Origin: Spirochaetia bacterium
GTDB taxonomy: Bacteria; Spirochaetota; Spirochaetia; SZUA-6; Bin103
Assembly: GCA_965203055.1 (NCBI GenBank)
Contig: OZ241863.1
Coordinates: forward strand, 320,001 to 384,000
Length of the DNA: 64,000 bases
Reading direction: 5' to 3'
Of this stretch, positions 8,665 through 16,931 are shown in pieces (the first letter of the stretch is position 1; the number at the start of each line of letters is the position of its first letter). The translations under genes were made by a program, and so were the position numbers. A model generated the notes under the pieces. The model was given only the letters and a program-made list of their open reading frames with translations, searched no databases and was not told the DNA's origin.

Positions 8665-10019
8665 TCACCGGTCTACCGGCGTCTGACGATCCTCGCCGGG
8701 GCGGCCGAATCCGGCGCCGGCGTGGCGGTAGCGGTGATGGGCGGCGCACAGCAGGCGGAGATTGTTCGGCTCGGCGGCGCCGCCGCGAGCATACGGCACG
8801 ACGTGATCGATCTGCAGCAGGTGTTGGGAGCCGCAGCGGCGCCCGCTGGCGCGGTCCACGTAGCAGCAGCGGCCGCGGTCGCGCCGCCACACATCGCGCT
8901 TGACCGCCGCCGGGATGGCGCGACCGGTCGCGCCGCCCGTCTTCGCTGCCGAAGTCCGGGTCCGCGGTGCGGCAGGCGGCTGCGCGCAGGCCGTCGCAGC
9001 CTGCCGGCCGGGGCGTCGCGTCTTCGCCGCCGAAGTTGCCTCGCCCGCCGTCTTCGCTGCCGAAGTGTCCGGGCGGTCAGCGGCTTGGTCTCCCGGCTCC
9101 GCCGGCGCCTTTGCCGATACCTTCGCCGCCGAAGGAGCGGCGCGGTCCGCGCTCGCCTCCTGCTTCGCTGCCGAGGCAGCTCCGCGAGCCGAGGCCGCCT
9201 GCGTCTTCGGCGCCGAAGTTTGCTCGGCGCCTTTGGCCGGCGCGCCGCGCCGCCCGCGCGGCGGCCGGGCCGGGTCGTGGCGGTCGAGCCCTTCCCGCAC
9301 CAGCCGTCCCATGATCTGCCCCATCGTCATGCGCGGGTCGACGTGGGACAGGAGGCCCTTGAGCCGCTCCAAGCCGCGCCGGCACTCATCGTCGATCACC
9401 GCCTTGAGTTCCCAGCGCCCGCCGCCCAGGGGCCGCACCCGATCCGCCGGCGCCGCCAGCTCCGGGTCCACCTCGGCCAGCAACTGCATCACTTGCCGGA
9501 CGCCTGCTCCACCAGCTCCCGCCGCGCCTCCGAGTCCAGCACCGGCTCCGGCGCCGACACCGGCTTCCGCTCCGCCGGCCGCGGCGGCGCCGAGCCCTCC
9601 CGCGACTGAGCGGCAGCCCCGCACCCGGTCCCGCGCGGCGCGCTACGCGCCGCGCGTTCCTTCTTGCGCTCCTGCCGGTCGAAGGCGTTCTGCAACTGCG
9701 CCGCCGCATTCAGCGTCATCGTGCCATTCTGCAGGCGCTCGCGCGCGCCCTCGACGTCCGCGCAGAGGCGCATCGCCTTGATGCGCCGCCACGCCGCAGC
9801 GTCGCTGTAACCCAGTTCGCGCACCGCGTAATCGAACAGGCTCGAGAACCCGCGCCGCAGATACAGACGCCGCTTCTGAATCTCGCGCAGGTGGTCGATC
9901 ACGACCACTTCGAGATGGTGTTCGATGCGGGAAAGTTCCTTGGTCCGCTCCAGCAAGCGGTCGTCTGAGAGGGCGGATACGGTAGTGGTGACGGCCCCGT
10001 CGGAAGCATGATTGTTAAT
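8665..10019 (-). pseudogene. HNH endonuclease with N-terminal helical domain, frameshifted near 9490
   Basis: 5' frame (10019-9489): ...VSALSDDRLLERTKEL...RRLYLRRGFSSLFDYAVRELGYSDAAAWRRI...ASGK*. 3' frame: RQVMQLLAEVDP...RAIPAAVKRDVWRRDRGRCC...C...LQIDHVVPYARGG...NLRLLCAAHH (Zn-finger HNH). Confidence 0.82.
8941..9219. repeat. Six in-frame palindromic 14-15 bp repeats CTTCG-N4-CGA(A/G)G inside the HNH gene
   Basis: Copies start at 8941, 9022, 9052, 9121, 9163 and 9205; they encode (T/P/A)SA(A/P)K; the 9205 copy is a perfect palindrome CTTCGGCGCCGAAG. Confidence 0.85.
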
Positions 10020-10025
10020 GACATA

Positions 10026-10056
10026 AGTATAATCATGGAAACTACTTGAGTCAAGT
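10026..10056 (-). promoter_or_regulatory. Sigma70-type promoter of the HNH gene, with a palindrome over the -35
   Basis: Minus strand TTGACT (10054-10049)-17 bp-TATACT (10031-10026); ACTTGA-G-TCAAGT palindrome at 10044-10056; local AT-rich patch. Confidence 0.7.
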
Positions 10057-10184
10057 TATTCGGCTCGAAATATGCCACCTGCAGGGGTGTACCAACACAT
10101 TGGAAGTGCGCCCCGGGGCAGGCAGCGTTCTTCTGTCCGTCCGCGGCGCGGCCGGTCGTCGTTTCCTGATATACTTGTTGAGCT

Positions 10185-10577
10185 ATGGAGATCGGCGCGT
10201 TCTCGGTGAGCCTGGCGGTCAAGGACCTGCCGGCGGCGAAGGCATTCTACGAGAAGCTGGGGTTTTCGCAGACCGGCGGGGATGGCAGGGGCTACGTGAT
10301 GATGGTCAATGGGAGCGCGACGATCGGGCTGTTTCGGGGGATGTTCGAAGGCAACATCCTGACCTTCAATCCCGGTCTGCGGCAGGACGGATCGCGGCTG
10401 GACCAGTTCACCGACGTCCGCGAGATCCGCGCGGCGCTGACCGCGCAGGGTATCGAGCTCGACACCGACACCGATCCCGCCGGCACCGGCCCCGCCCACG
10501 TCACGTTCCGCGATCCCGACGGCAACGCCATTCTGATCGACCAGTTCTTCCCGCAGCCCGGGACCGATCCAAGCTGA
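10185..10577 (+). CDS. VOC/glyoxalase family protein
   Basis: [12 protein letters not shown]...[36 protein letters not shown]. Confidence 0.88.
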   Translation: MEIGAFSVSLAVKDLPAAKAFYEKLGFSQTGGDGRGYVMMVNGSATIGLFRGMFEGNILTFNPGLRQDGSRLDQFTDVREIRAALTAQGIELDTDTDPAGTGPAHVTFRDPDGNAILIDQFFPQPGTDPS

Positions 10578-10614
10578 GGCACCGTCCGCATATTGCAGCG
10601 GCGATCGTAGCGTC

Positions 10615-13596
10615 GTGATTCCACGAGCGTGCCGGCGGCTGGCCGAGGTCGACTTTCCGATCGCCGAGGTGTCGCGGCACGCGGCGCGGGAGAAGTCGAT
10701 CCGCCACGGGCATCCGTCCACGCTCCATCTCTGGTGGGCGCGGCGCCCGCTCGCCTCGTCGCGCGCCGTGCTGCTGGCCCTGCTGCTGCCCGATCCGCTC
10801 GACCCGCACTGCCCCGACGCCTTCAAGCGGCAGGCGCCCGCCATCCTGAGCGCGGTGCGCCAGCCGCCGGCGGACGACGCCGAGCTGCGCGCCGCGCTGC
10901 TGTGGTTCCTCGGCGCGTTCGCCAACTGGGACCTGGCGGCGCACCCGACCTATCTGGGCGTCGGCCGTGAGCTGGTGCGGGCCGCGCATGGCGAGGAGGC
11001 GCCGCTGGTGGTCGATCCGTTCGCCGGCGGCGGCTCGATCCCGCTGGAGGCGCTGCGGCTCGGCTGCGAGGCGTTCGCCAGCGACCTGAACCCGGTGGCG
11101 TGCCTGATCCTCAAGGTGATGCTGGAGGATATCCCCCGGCACGGTCCGGGGCTGGCCGCCGCACTGCGCCGGGCCGGCGGCGAGATACGGGACGCGGCGG
11201 CGCAGGAGTTGGCCGACCTGTACCCGGCCGACCCCGACGGGGCGACGCCGATCGCCTACCTGTGGGCGCGCACGGTGCGCTGCGAGGCGCCGCAGTGCGG
11301 GGCGGAGCTGCCGCTGCTGCGCTCGTTCTGGCTGTGCCGCAAGCCGAAGCGCAAGCGGGCGCTGCGCTATCGGGTGGAGCGCCGGCCGGAGGGGCCGCCG
11401 GCGGTGCGGTTCGAGGTGTTCACGCCGGCGGCGGACGGAGAGGTGCCGGGCGGTACGGTGGCGCGGGCGCGGGCGGCGTGCCTGTGCTGCGGCGCGGTGC
11501 TGGCGCCGGAGCGGGTGCGGGAGCAGCTTGCGGCGCAGCGCGGCGGTGCCGATGCGGTGTTCGACGCGGAGGGCCGGCGGACCGGCGGCGCGCGTCTGAC
11601 GGCGGTGGTGACGCTGCGGGCGGATGCGCCGGGGCGGCACTACCGGCTGGCGGAGGAAGCGGACTACGCGGCGGTGCGGCGGGCGCAAGAGCGGCTGGCG
11701 GCGCTGCTGGGCGAGTGGGAGCGCGGCGGGAGGCGGGGGCTGTGTCCGGTGCCGGACGAACCGCTGCCGCCGATCGGCACGCTGGGGTTCCGCGTGCAGC
11801 GCTACGGCATGCTCCGCTGGGGTGACCTCTTCTCCGCTCGCCAGAAGATGGCGCTGGCCGTACTGGCCGAACGATGCAACGCGGCCTCCGAACGCGATTG
11901 GATGACGCGCTGCATGGGACTGGTGTTCAGCGGCGTCGTCGATCGCAATGTCGCGCTGGCTACGTGGCGCCCGCAAGCGGACCAGGAAAAAGTCGAACAT
12001 CTGTTCGCGCGGCAGGCGCTGCCGATGGCCTGGGATTTCGGCGAGGCGGTGCTGCTGACCGAATCGACCGGCAGTCTCAGCGACCGCATCGAGGTCCTGG
12101 TCACGACCGCGGCGGCGATGGCGAACGTCGAGGCCGCAACCGCAATCGGCCAAACGCAGCCGGGCGACGCCGCCGATCATCCGTTGCCCGATCAGGCCGC
12201 GGACGTCTGGTTCACCGATCCGCCGTACTACGACGCGATTCCCTATGCGGACCTCTCCGACTTCTTCCTGGTCTGGCTGAAGCGCACCTTGCCCGGCCAG
12301 CAACCGCTCCTGCGCGATCCGTTCGACGCCGGCAATCCGCTCTCCCCCAAGGAGCGCGAGGCGGTGCAGGACGAAACCAGAAAGCGCGGCGGCCGCGCCA
12401 AGGATCGCCGCTTCTTCGAGGACACCATGGGCTTGGCGTTCGCCGAGGGGCGCCGCGTGCTGCGCGAGGACGGCGTCGGCTCCGTCGTCTTCGCGCACAA
12501 GACTACGGAAGGCTGGGAGGCGCTGCTGGCCGGCATGATCCGCGGCGGCTGGACCATCACCGGCTCCTGGCCGATCGCCACCGAACTGGGCACCCGCCTG
12601 CGGGCGCGCGATTCCGCCGCGCTGGCCACCAGCATTCACCTGATCTGCCGGCCGCGGCCGGCCGACGCCCCGGTCGGCGATTGGGCCGACGTGCTGAGCG
12701 CGCTGCCGGTGCGCGTCGCCGAGTGGATGGCGCGCCTGCAGGGCGAGGGCGTGCGCGGCGCCGATCTGGTGTTCGCCTGCATCGGCCCGGCGCTCGAACT
12801 CTACAGCCGCTACCGCGCGGTCGAGACCGCCGACGGGCGCACGGTCGGCCTGCCGGAGTACCTGGAAAAGGTGTGGGAGGTGGTCGGCCGCGCCGCCCTC
12901 GAAACCGTCCTCGGCGCCGCCGAAGCCCGCGCCCGCAACGGCATGACCGGCGCGCTGGAAGAAGACGCGCGCCTCACGGCGCTGTTTCTCTGGACGCTGC
13001 AGACCACCGACGCAGCCGGCGGCGATGGCCGCGGCGCGGGCGACGGCGAGGGAGACGAGGAAGAAGCGGGCGCCGCCCAAAGCCTCAACCTGCCGTTCGA
13101 CGTAGTGCGCCGCTTCGCGCAGCCGATGGGCATCGACCTGGACCGCTGGACCGGCCGCGTCATCGCCCAGGCCAAGGGCGCGGTGCGGCTGCTGCCGGTG
13201 GCCGAGCGCGCCAAGGACCTGTTGGGCGACGCCGGCGCCGGGGCCGCCGCCGACTGGATCGAGGCCGACCCGGCGGCCGGCCTGCAGCGCTCGCTGTTCC
13301 CGGAGTGGGACCGCGCGCCCCGCACCGGCGGCCGCAAGCGCCGCCGGGCGGGCATCCTGGACGGCGACGTCGAGCTGCGGGCGGTGGCCGCCACCACGCT
13401 CGACCGCGTGCACGCCGCCATGCTGCTGCAGGCGAACGGCCACGCCAACGCGTTGCGCGCGCTGCTCAAGGCCGAGCACGACCGCGGCCCCGACTTCCTG
13501 CGCCTGGCCAACGCCCTGTCGGCGCTCTACCCGCGCGGCGCCCGCGAGAAGCGCCTGCTCGACGCCATGCTGTTGGCCGCCCCAAGGTCCAGGTAG
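10615..13596 (+). CDS. DUF1156-domain adenine-specific DNA methyltransferase with Zn-ribbon
   Basis: SIRHGHPSTLHLWWARRPLA (DUF1156), DPFAGGGSIPLEA (SAM binding), WARTVRC...C, FTDPPYYDAIPYADLSDFF (catalytic DPPY). Confidence 0.9.
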   Translation: MIPRACRRLAEVDFPIAEVSRHAAREKSIRHGHPSTLHLWWARRPLASSRAVLLALLLPDPLDPHCPDAFKRQAPAILSAVRQPPADDAELRAALLWFLGAFANWDLAAHPTYLGVGRELVRAAHGEEAPLVVDPFAGGGSIPLEALRLGCEAFASDLNPVACLILKVMLEDIPRHGPGLAAALRRAGGEIRDAAAQELADLYPADPDGATPIAYLWARTVRCEAPQCGAELPLLRSFWLCRKPKRKRALRYRVERRPEGPPAVRFEVFTPAADGEVPGGTVARARAACLCCGAVLAPERVREQLAAQRGGADAVFDAEGRRTGGARLTAVVTLRADAPGRHYRLAEEADYAAVRRAQERLAALLGEWERGGRRGLCPVPDEPLPPIGTLGFRVQRYGMLRWGDLFSARQKMALAVLAERCNAASERDWMTRCMGLVFSGVVDRNVALATWRPQADQEKVEHLFARQALPMAWDFGEAVLLTESTGSLSDRIEVLVTTAAAMANVEAATAIGQTQPGDAADHPLPDQAADVWFTDPPYYDAIPYADLSDFFLVWLKRTLPGQQPLLRDPFDAGNPLSPKEREAVQDETRKRGGRAKDRRFFEDTMGLAFAEGRRVLREDGVGSVVFAHKTTEGWEALLAGMIRGGWTITGSWPIATELGTRLRARDSAALATSIHLICRPRPADAPVGDWADVLSALPVRVAEWMARLQGEGVRGADLVFACIGPALELYSRYRAVETADGRTVGLPEYLEKVWEVVGRAALETVLGAAEARARNGMTGALEEDARLTALFLWTLQTTDAAGGDGRGAGDGEGDEEEAGAAQSLNLPFDVVRRFAQPMGIDLDRWTGRVIAQAKGAVRLLPVAERAKDLLGDAGAGAAADWIEADPAAGLQRSLFPEWDRAPRTGGRKRRRAGILDGDVELRAVAATTLDRVHAAMLLQANGHANALRALLKAEHDRGPDFLRLANALSALYPRGAREKRLLDAMLLAAPRSR

Positions 13597-13604
13597 TTCG
13601 GGGC

Positions 13605-14510
13605 ATGGGCGCCGGCAGGCGGCTCTTCAGCACCGCGGACAGCGCCAACCCCGGAGCCTTCACCGCAGCCGATTGGGCGCTGTTCTGCGCGATATCGACG
13701 ATCTGGGGCGCGTCGTTCCTGCTCATCGACATCGCCCTCGATGCGTTTCGGCCCGGCCTGATCACCTTCCTGCGGGTGGCCGGCGGGGCGGCTACGCTGT
13801 GGCTGGTGCCGGCCGCGCGCCGGCGGCTGGTGGCCGAGGACCGCCTGCGGGTCGTCGTGCTGTCGTTCGTCTGGGTGGCGGTGCCGTTCACGATCTTCCC
13901 GGTCGCCCAGCAGTGGGTGAACTCGGCGCTCACCGGCATGCTCAACGGGGCAATGCCGATCTTCGCCGCGCTGCTGTCCACGGCGCTGCTGCGGCGCGCG
14001 CCCCGGCCGGCGCGGCTCGCCGGGCTGCTGATCGGATCGGCCGGCGTGACGGTGATCGCCTGGTCGACCGCGGCGCCCGGCGCCACCAGCGCCGCCGGCG
14101 TCGCGTTGATCCTGTGCGCGACCCTCTGCTACGGCGTGGCGGTCAACCTGGCCGTGCCGCTGCAGCAGCGCTACGGAGCGGTGCCGGTAATGGCGCGCAT
14201 CGTGGCGCTGGGGGCGCTGTGGACCGCGCCCTACGGCCTGTTCGGACTGGGCGGCTCCACGTTCGCTTGGCCGGCGTTGCTGGCGGTGCTGGCCATCGGC
14301 GTCGTGGGCACCGGAGCGGCCTACTGGATCATGGGCACCCTGGTGGGCCGCGCGGGTTCGGTGCGCGCCTCGTTCATCACCTACCTGATCCCGGTGGTGG
14401 CGCTGACGCTGGGCGTTCTGGTGCGCGGCGACCGGGTGGGTGGGCTGGCCGTCGCCGGCGTCGTGCTGGCTACGGGCGGGGCGCTGCTGGCGGCCCGGCG
14501 CGAACGCTGA
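13605..14510 (+). CDS. DMT/EamA family transporter
   Basis: About 10 hydrophobic helices; IWGASF, TYLIPVVALTLG; ATG at 13605 (ORF-track extension lies within the methylase in another frame). Confidence 0.87.
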   Translation: MGAGRRLFSTADSANPGAFTAADWALFCAISTIWGASFLLIDIALDAFRPGLITFLRVAGGAATLWLVPAARRRLVAEDRLRVVVLSFVWVAVPFTIFPVAQQWVNSALTGMLNGAMPIFAALLSTALLRRAPRPARLAGLLIGSAGVTVIAWSTAAPGATSAAGVALILCATLCYGVAVNLAVPLQQRYGAVPVMARIVALGALWTAPYGLFGLGGSTFAWPALLAVLAIGVVGTGAAYWIMGTLVGRAGSVRASFITYLIPVVALTLGVLVRGDRVGGLAVAGVVLATGGALLAARRER

Positions 14511-14580
14511 CCCGCCGGCCTGCTGCGGAAATGGGTGACAACCACTGCCGCCGGGGTGACGGCGCAGGCCCGCAGCTCCG

Positions 14581-16380
14581 CTATTCGTCCTGACCGCCGT
14601 TGGCCGGGACCTCTGCGTCGTGCACCTCTGCGTCGTGCACCAGTTCCCAGCCGCGGAACACCAGCGCCAGCCCCTTGAACACCGCCTCCGGGTGCCGGCG
14701 CGCCAACCGGCGGTCCGTCAGGTGGCGGCGCGCCTGCGCCTCCGCGGCGGCGGCCTGCGCCGCTACCTGCGCCTGCGTTGCGCTGCGGGGCAGGTACTTC
14801 AGCTCGATCACGTAGCCGTAGCGCATGCCCGGATAGCGCGCCGCGCGCGGTTCCAGCACCAGGTCGGCGTAGCCCTTGGCCAATTCCATCTCGGTATGCA
14901 GCACGAAGTAGGGGGAGATGCTCAGGTAGGCGGCCACGAACCCCTGCACCACCTTCTCGCCTTGCAGGTAGTCGCGCACGCCGGTCTGTTCGGCCACCGC
15001 CGCGCTCAGCCGTTCCAGCGCCGGGCGCCACTCTCCCTGCAGCGCCATGCGCCGCGCCAGCCGGTCGAACCTCACCAAGTCGAGCGAGAACACGCCCACG
15101 TCGCGGTAGGCGTCGCGCAGGTAGCCGTACAGCAGCCGCCGCACCGTCTGGTTGGGAATGCCCAGGCGCGGCGTTTCGACCGTCGCGCCGCGGATGCTCA
15201 GCAGGCCGAAGTAGTGCAGCAGCGACAGGAAGTTCTCCCGCTCGGCGAGGCGCGCCAGCGGGAAGCTGTCTACGATCTCGCAGTCGGCGCGCCCTTCGGC
15301 GATCACCTCGCGCAGCAGGTCGAAGTTGCCGTTGAGCTGGCGTCCGACGGTGAGCAGGTGGCGCAGCTTGCCGTAGTCGATGCGCACGTTGTCGTCGATC
15401 AGGTTGTCGGGGCCGGGCTTGTTGGGCAGTGAGTAGGACAGGTAGTAGAGCACCATGTCGGTGTTGTAGACGACGTTCGGCGCGGTCTTGGCGAAGCGGT
15501 AGCCGTCGTACCACTCGCGCATCGTGTCGAGGGCGGCGTCCGGGTCCTGGTCGAAGACGCCGAGGCCGCGGTAGGTCTGCAGCATGTCCCGCACTTCGGG
15601 TTCGGTGAAGCCGAGCATCTCGTTGAATTCGGGGCGGAGGCTGAGGTTGGCGCCGATGTTGAAGCCGCTGGTGACGTCGTCCATGGTGACCGGGGAGACG
15701 CCGGTGACGAACAGGCGCTCGATGCAGCCGGACTCGGCGGTGCCGGCCTTGAGCATGGCGAAGAAGTTGCGGTAGAAGCCGCCGCCGCGGGTGAAGGAGT
15801 GGTAGGCTTCGGCGCCCTGCTCGGCGAGGATGGTGTTGGCGAAGTTGTCGTACTCGTCGATCAGCACGTAGAGCGGGACGCCGCGGTCGCTCGCGTACTG
15901 GAACAGCTCGTCCATCTGGCCGTTGATCGACCGGCGGCCGAGGATGACGCGGGCCGCGTCCTCGTCGATCAGGTCGCGGTTGCGGCGCAGCGCGTGCCGC
16001 AGATGGCTGGTGCAATACTCCTCGAAGTACTCCTCCAACGTGGGCAGCGCCTGCTTGAACGCCGAGAAGTCGAAGTAGATTACGACGTAGCGGCTCCGGT
16101 TGGCGGTCGGCCGGCGGCCGATGTGGGTGCCGGCGAAGACGGCGTCGTAGTCCTTGGCCTGGGCGCGGCTGTAGTAGGCGTTGAGCATGGTCAGCCACAG
16201 GGTCTTGCCGAAGCGCCGCGGGCGGATGAAGAACGTATAGCGCTCCTGCTCCAGGGCGCGGATGAAGCGGGTCTTGTCCACGTAGAGGCAGCGGTCGAGG
16301 CGGATGCTGCGGAAGTTGCCGCGCCCGTAGGGGATCGCCGGGAACGGCGCGGGATCAGCCGGCAGCGCGGGCGCGGTCAC
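14581..16380 (-). CDS. AAA-ATPase-like domain + PD-(D/E)XK nuclease (PDDEXK_9-type) protein
   Basis: IPYGRGNF..IR...YVDKT, RPRRFGKTL, LIDEYD, FVTGVSP, WYDGYRF; C-terminal EMELAKGYADL...VIELKY; GTG at 16380 follows a TGA-TAGAGT extended -10. Confidence 0.88.
   Translation of the reverse strand: MTAPALPADPAPFPAIPYGRGNFRSIRLDRCLYVDKTRFIRALEQERYTFFIRPRRFGKTLWLTMLNAYYSRAQAKDYDAVFAGTHIGRRPTANRSRYVVIYFDFSAFKQALPTLEEYFEEYCTSHLRHALRRNRDLIDEDAARVILGRRSINGQMDELFQYASDRGVPLYVLIDEYDNFANTILAEQGAEAYHSFTRGGGFYRNFFAMLKAGTAESGCIERLFVTGVSPVTMDDVTSGFNIGANLSLRPEFNEMLGFTEPEVRDMLQTYRGLGVFDQDPDAALDTMREWYDGYRFAKTAPNVVYNTDMVLYYLSYSLPNKPGPDNLIDDNVRIDYGKLRHLLTVGRQLNGNFDLLREVIAEGRADCEIVDSFPLARLAERENFLSLLHYFGLLSIRGATVETPRLGIPNQTVRRLLYGYLRDAYRDVGVFSLDLVRFDRLARRMALQGEWRPALERLSAAVAEQTGVRDYLQGEKVVQGFVAAYLSISPYFVLHTEMELAKGYADLVLEPRAARYPGMRYGYVIELKYLPRSATQAQVAAQAAAAEAQARRHLTDRRLARRHPEAVFKGLALVFRGWELVHDAEVHDAEVPANGGQDE
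14609..14640. repeat. 15-bp tandem duplication (HDAEV x2) at the C-terminus of the AAA-nuclease
   Basis: ACCTCTGCGTCGTGC ACCTCTGCGTCGTGC AC. Confidence 0.8.
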
Positions 16381-16418
16381 GCGCACACTCTATCACAGAC
16401 GCGGGCCGGCCCCCGGTT

Positions 16419-16931
16419 TCAGTCCAGCAGGCGCGCGCGGTCGGCAGGGGTCGGCAGGCGGCAGCGGTCGGTGGCGCCGAACCAGTGCCGGCGGCGGCGC
16501 GCCAGCGCCAGGTAGAGGGCGTCGCGCAGGGGAGCGGGCACCAGCCGGAGCAGGGCGGCGCCGGCCCGATAGCGGCCGCCGAGCGCCGCGGCGACCGCCA
16601 GCACCGCCGCCGAGCGGATGCGGAGGCGCCCGTCCGGCTCGCGCCACACCAGCGAGTCCGGCGCCGCGGCGGCGCCCGGCTCACCCCCCGCGGGCACCGC
16701 CCCGCGCAGCGCCGCCGGCAGCAGCCGGCGCGCGGTCCTGCCCTGCAAGGCCGCCAGCGCCACGCGCCCGCGCCGGTCGCGGCGCAGCACCCAGCGGGCG
16801 GCGCGCTGGCACAGCACGCACTGTCCGTCCACGAACAGGATCGGCCGCGCGGGAGTCGGCGCCGGCGGAGCGCCCGGCGCCGCGCGGGCGGCGGTTTCGG
16901 CGCGCGAACAAATGGCGTACACTCGGCGCAT
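16419..16931 (-). CDS. DCC1-like thiol-disulfide oxidoreductase (DUF393); start uncertain
   Basis: ILFVDGQCVLCQRAARW (DxxCxxC), RSAAVL, PLRDALY..LARRRRHWFG, CRLP. Confidence 0.8.
   Translation of the reverse strand: MRRVYAICSRAETAARAAPGAPPAPTPARPILFVDGQCVLCQRAARWVLRRDRRGRVALAALQGRTARRLLPAALRGAVPAGGEPGAAAAPDSLVWREPDGRLRIRSAAVLAVAAALGGRYRAGAALLRLVPAPLRDALYLALARRRRHWFGATDRCRLPTPADRARLLD

Noticed and set aside
8941..9219. Canonical CRISPR array
   Set aside because: Repeats are only 14-15 bp, spacers vary from about 15 to 66 bp, the array is in frame within a CDS, and no cas genes are present. Kept as a non-CRISPR repeat finding.
9486..9495. Selenocysteine or stop read-through at the TGA in the HNH gene
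   Set aside because: The downstream coding sequence is in a different frame, so read-through would not restore the protein.
10501..13479. 992-aa antisense ORF and many similar long ORFs (e.g. 4138-5826, 16681-18432, 29282-30904, 50790-52493)
   Set aside because: Shadow ORFs opposite well-supported genes, expected in high-GC DNA; no recognisable motifs.
14609..14640. 15-bp duplication as a target-site duplication of a mobile element
   Set aside because: The copies are adjacent and in frame at a variable C-terminus; replication slippage suffices.
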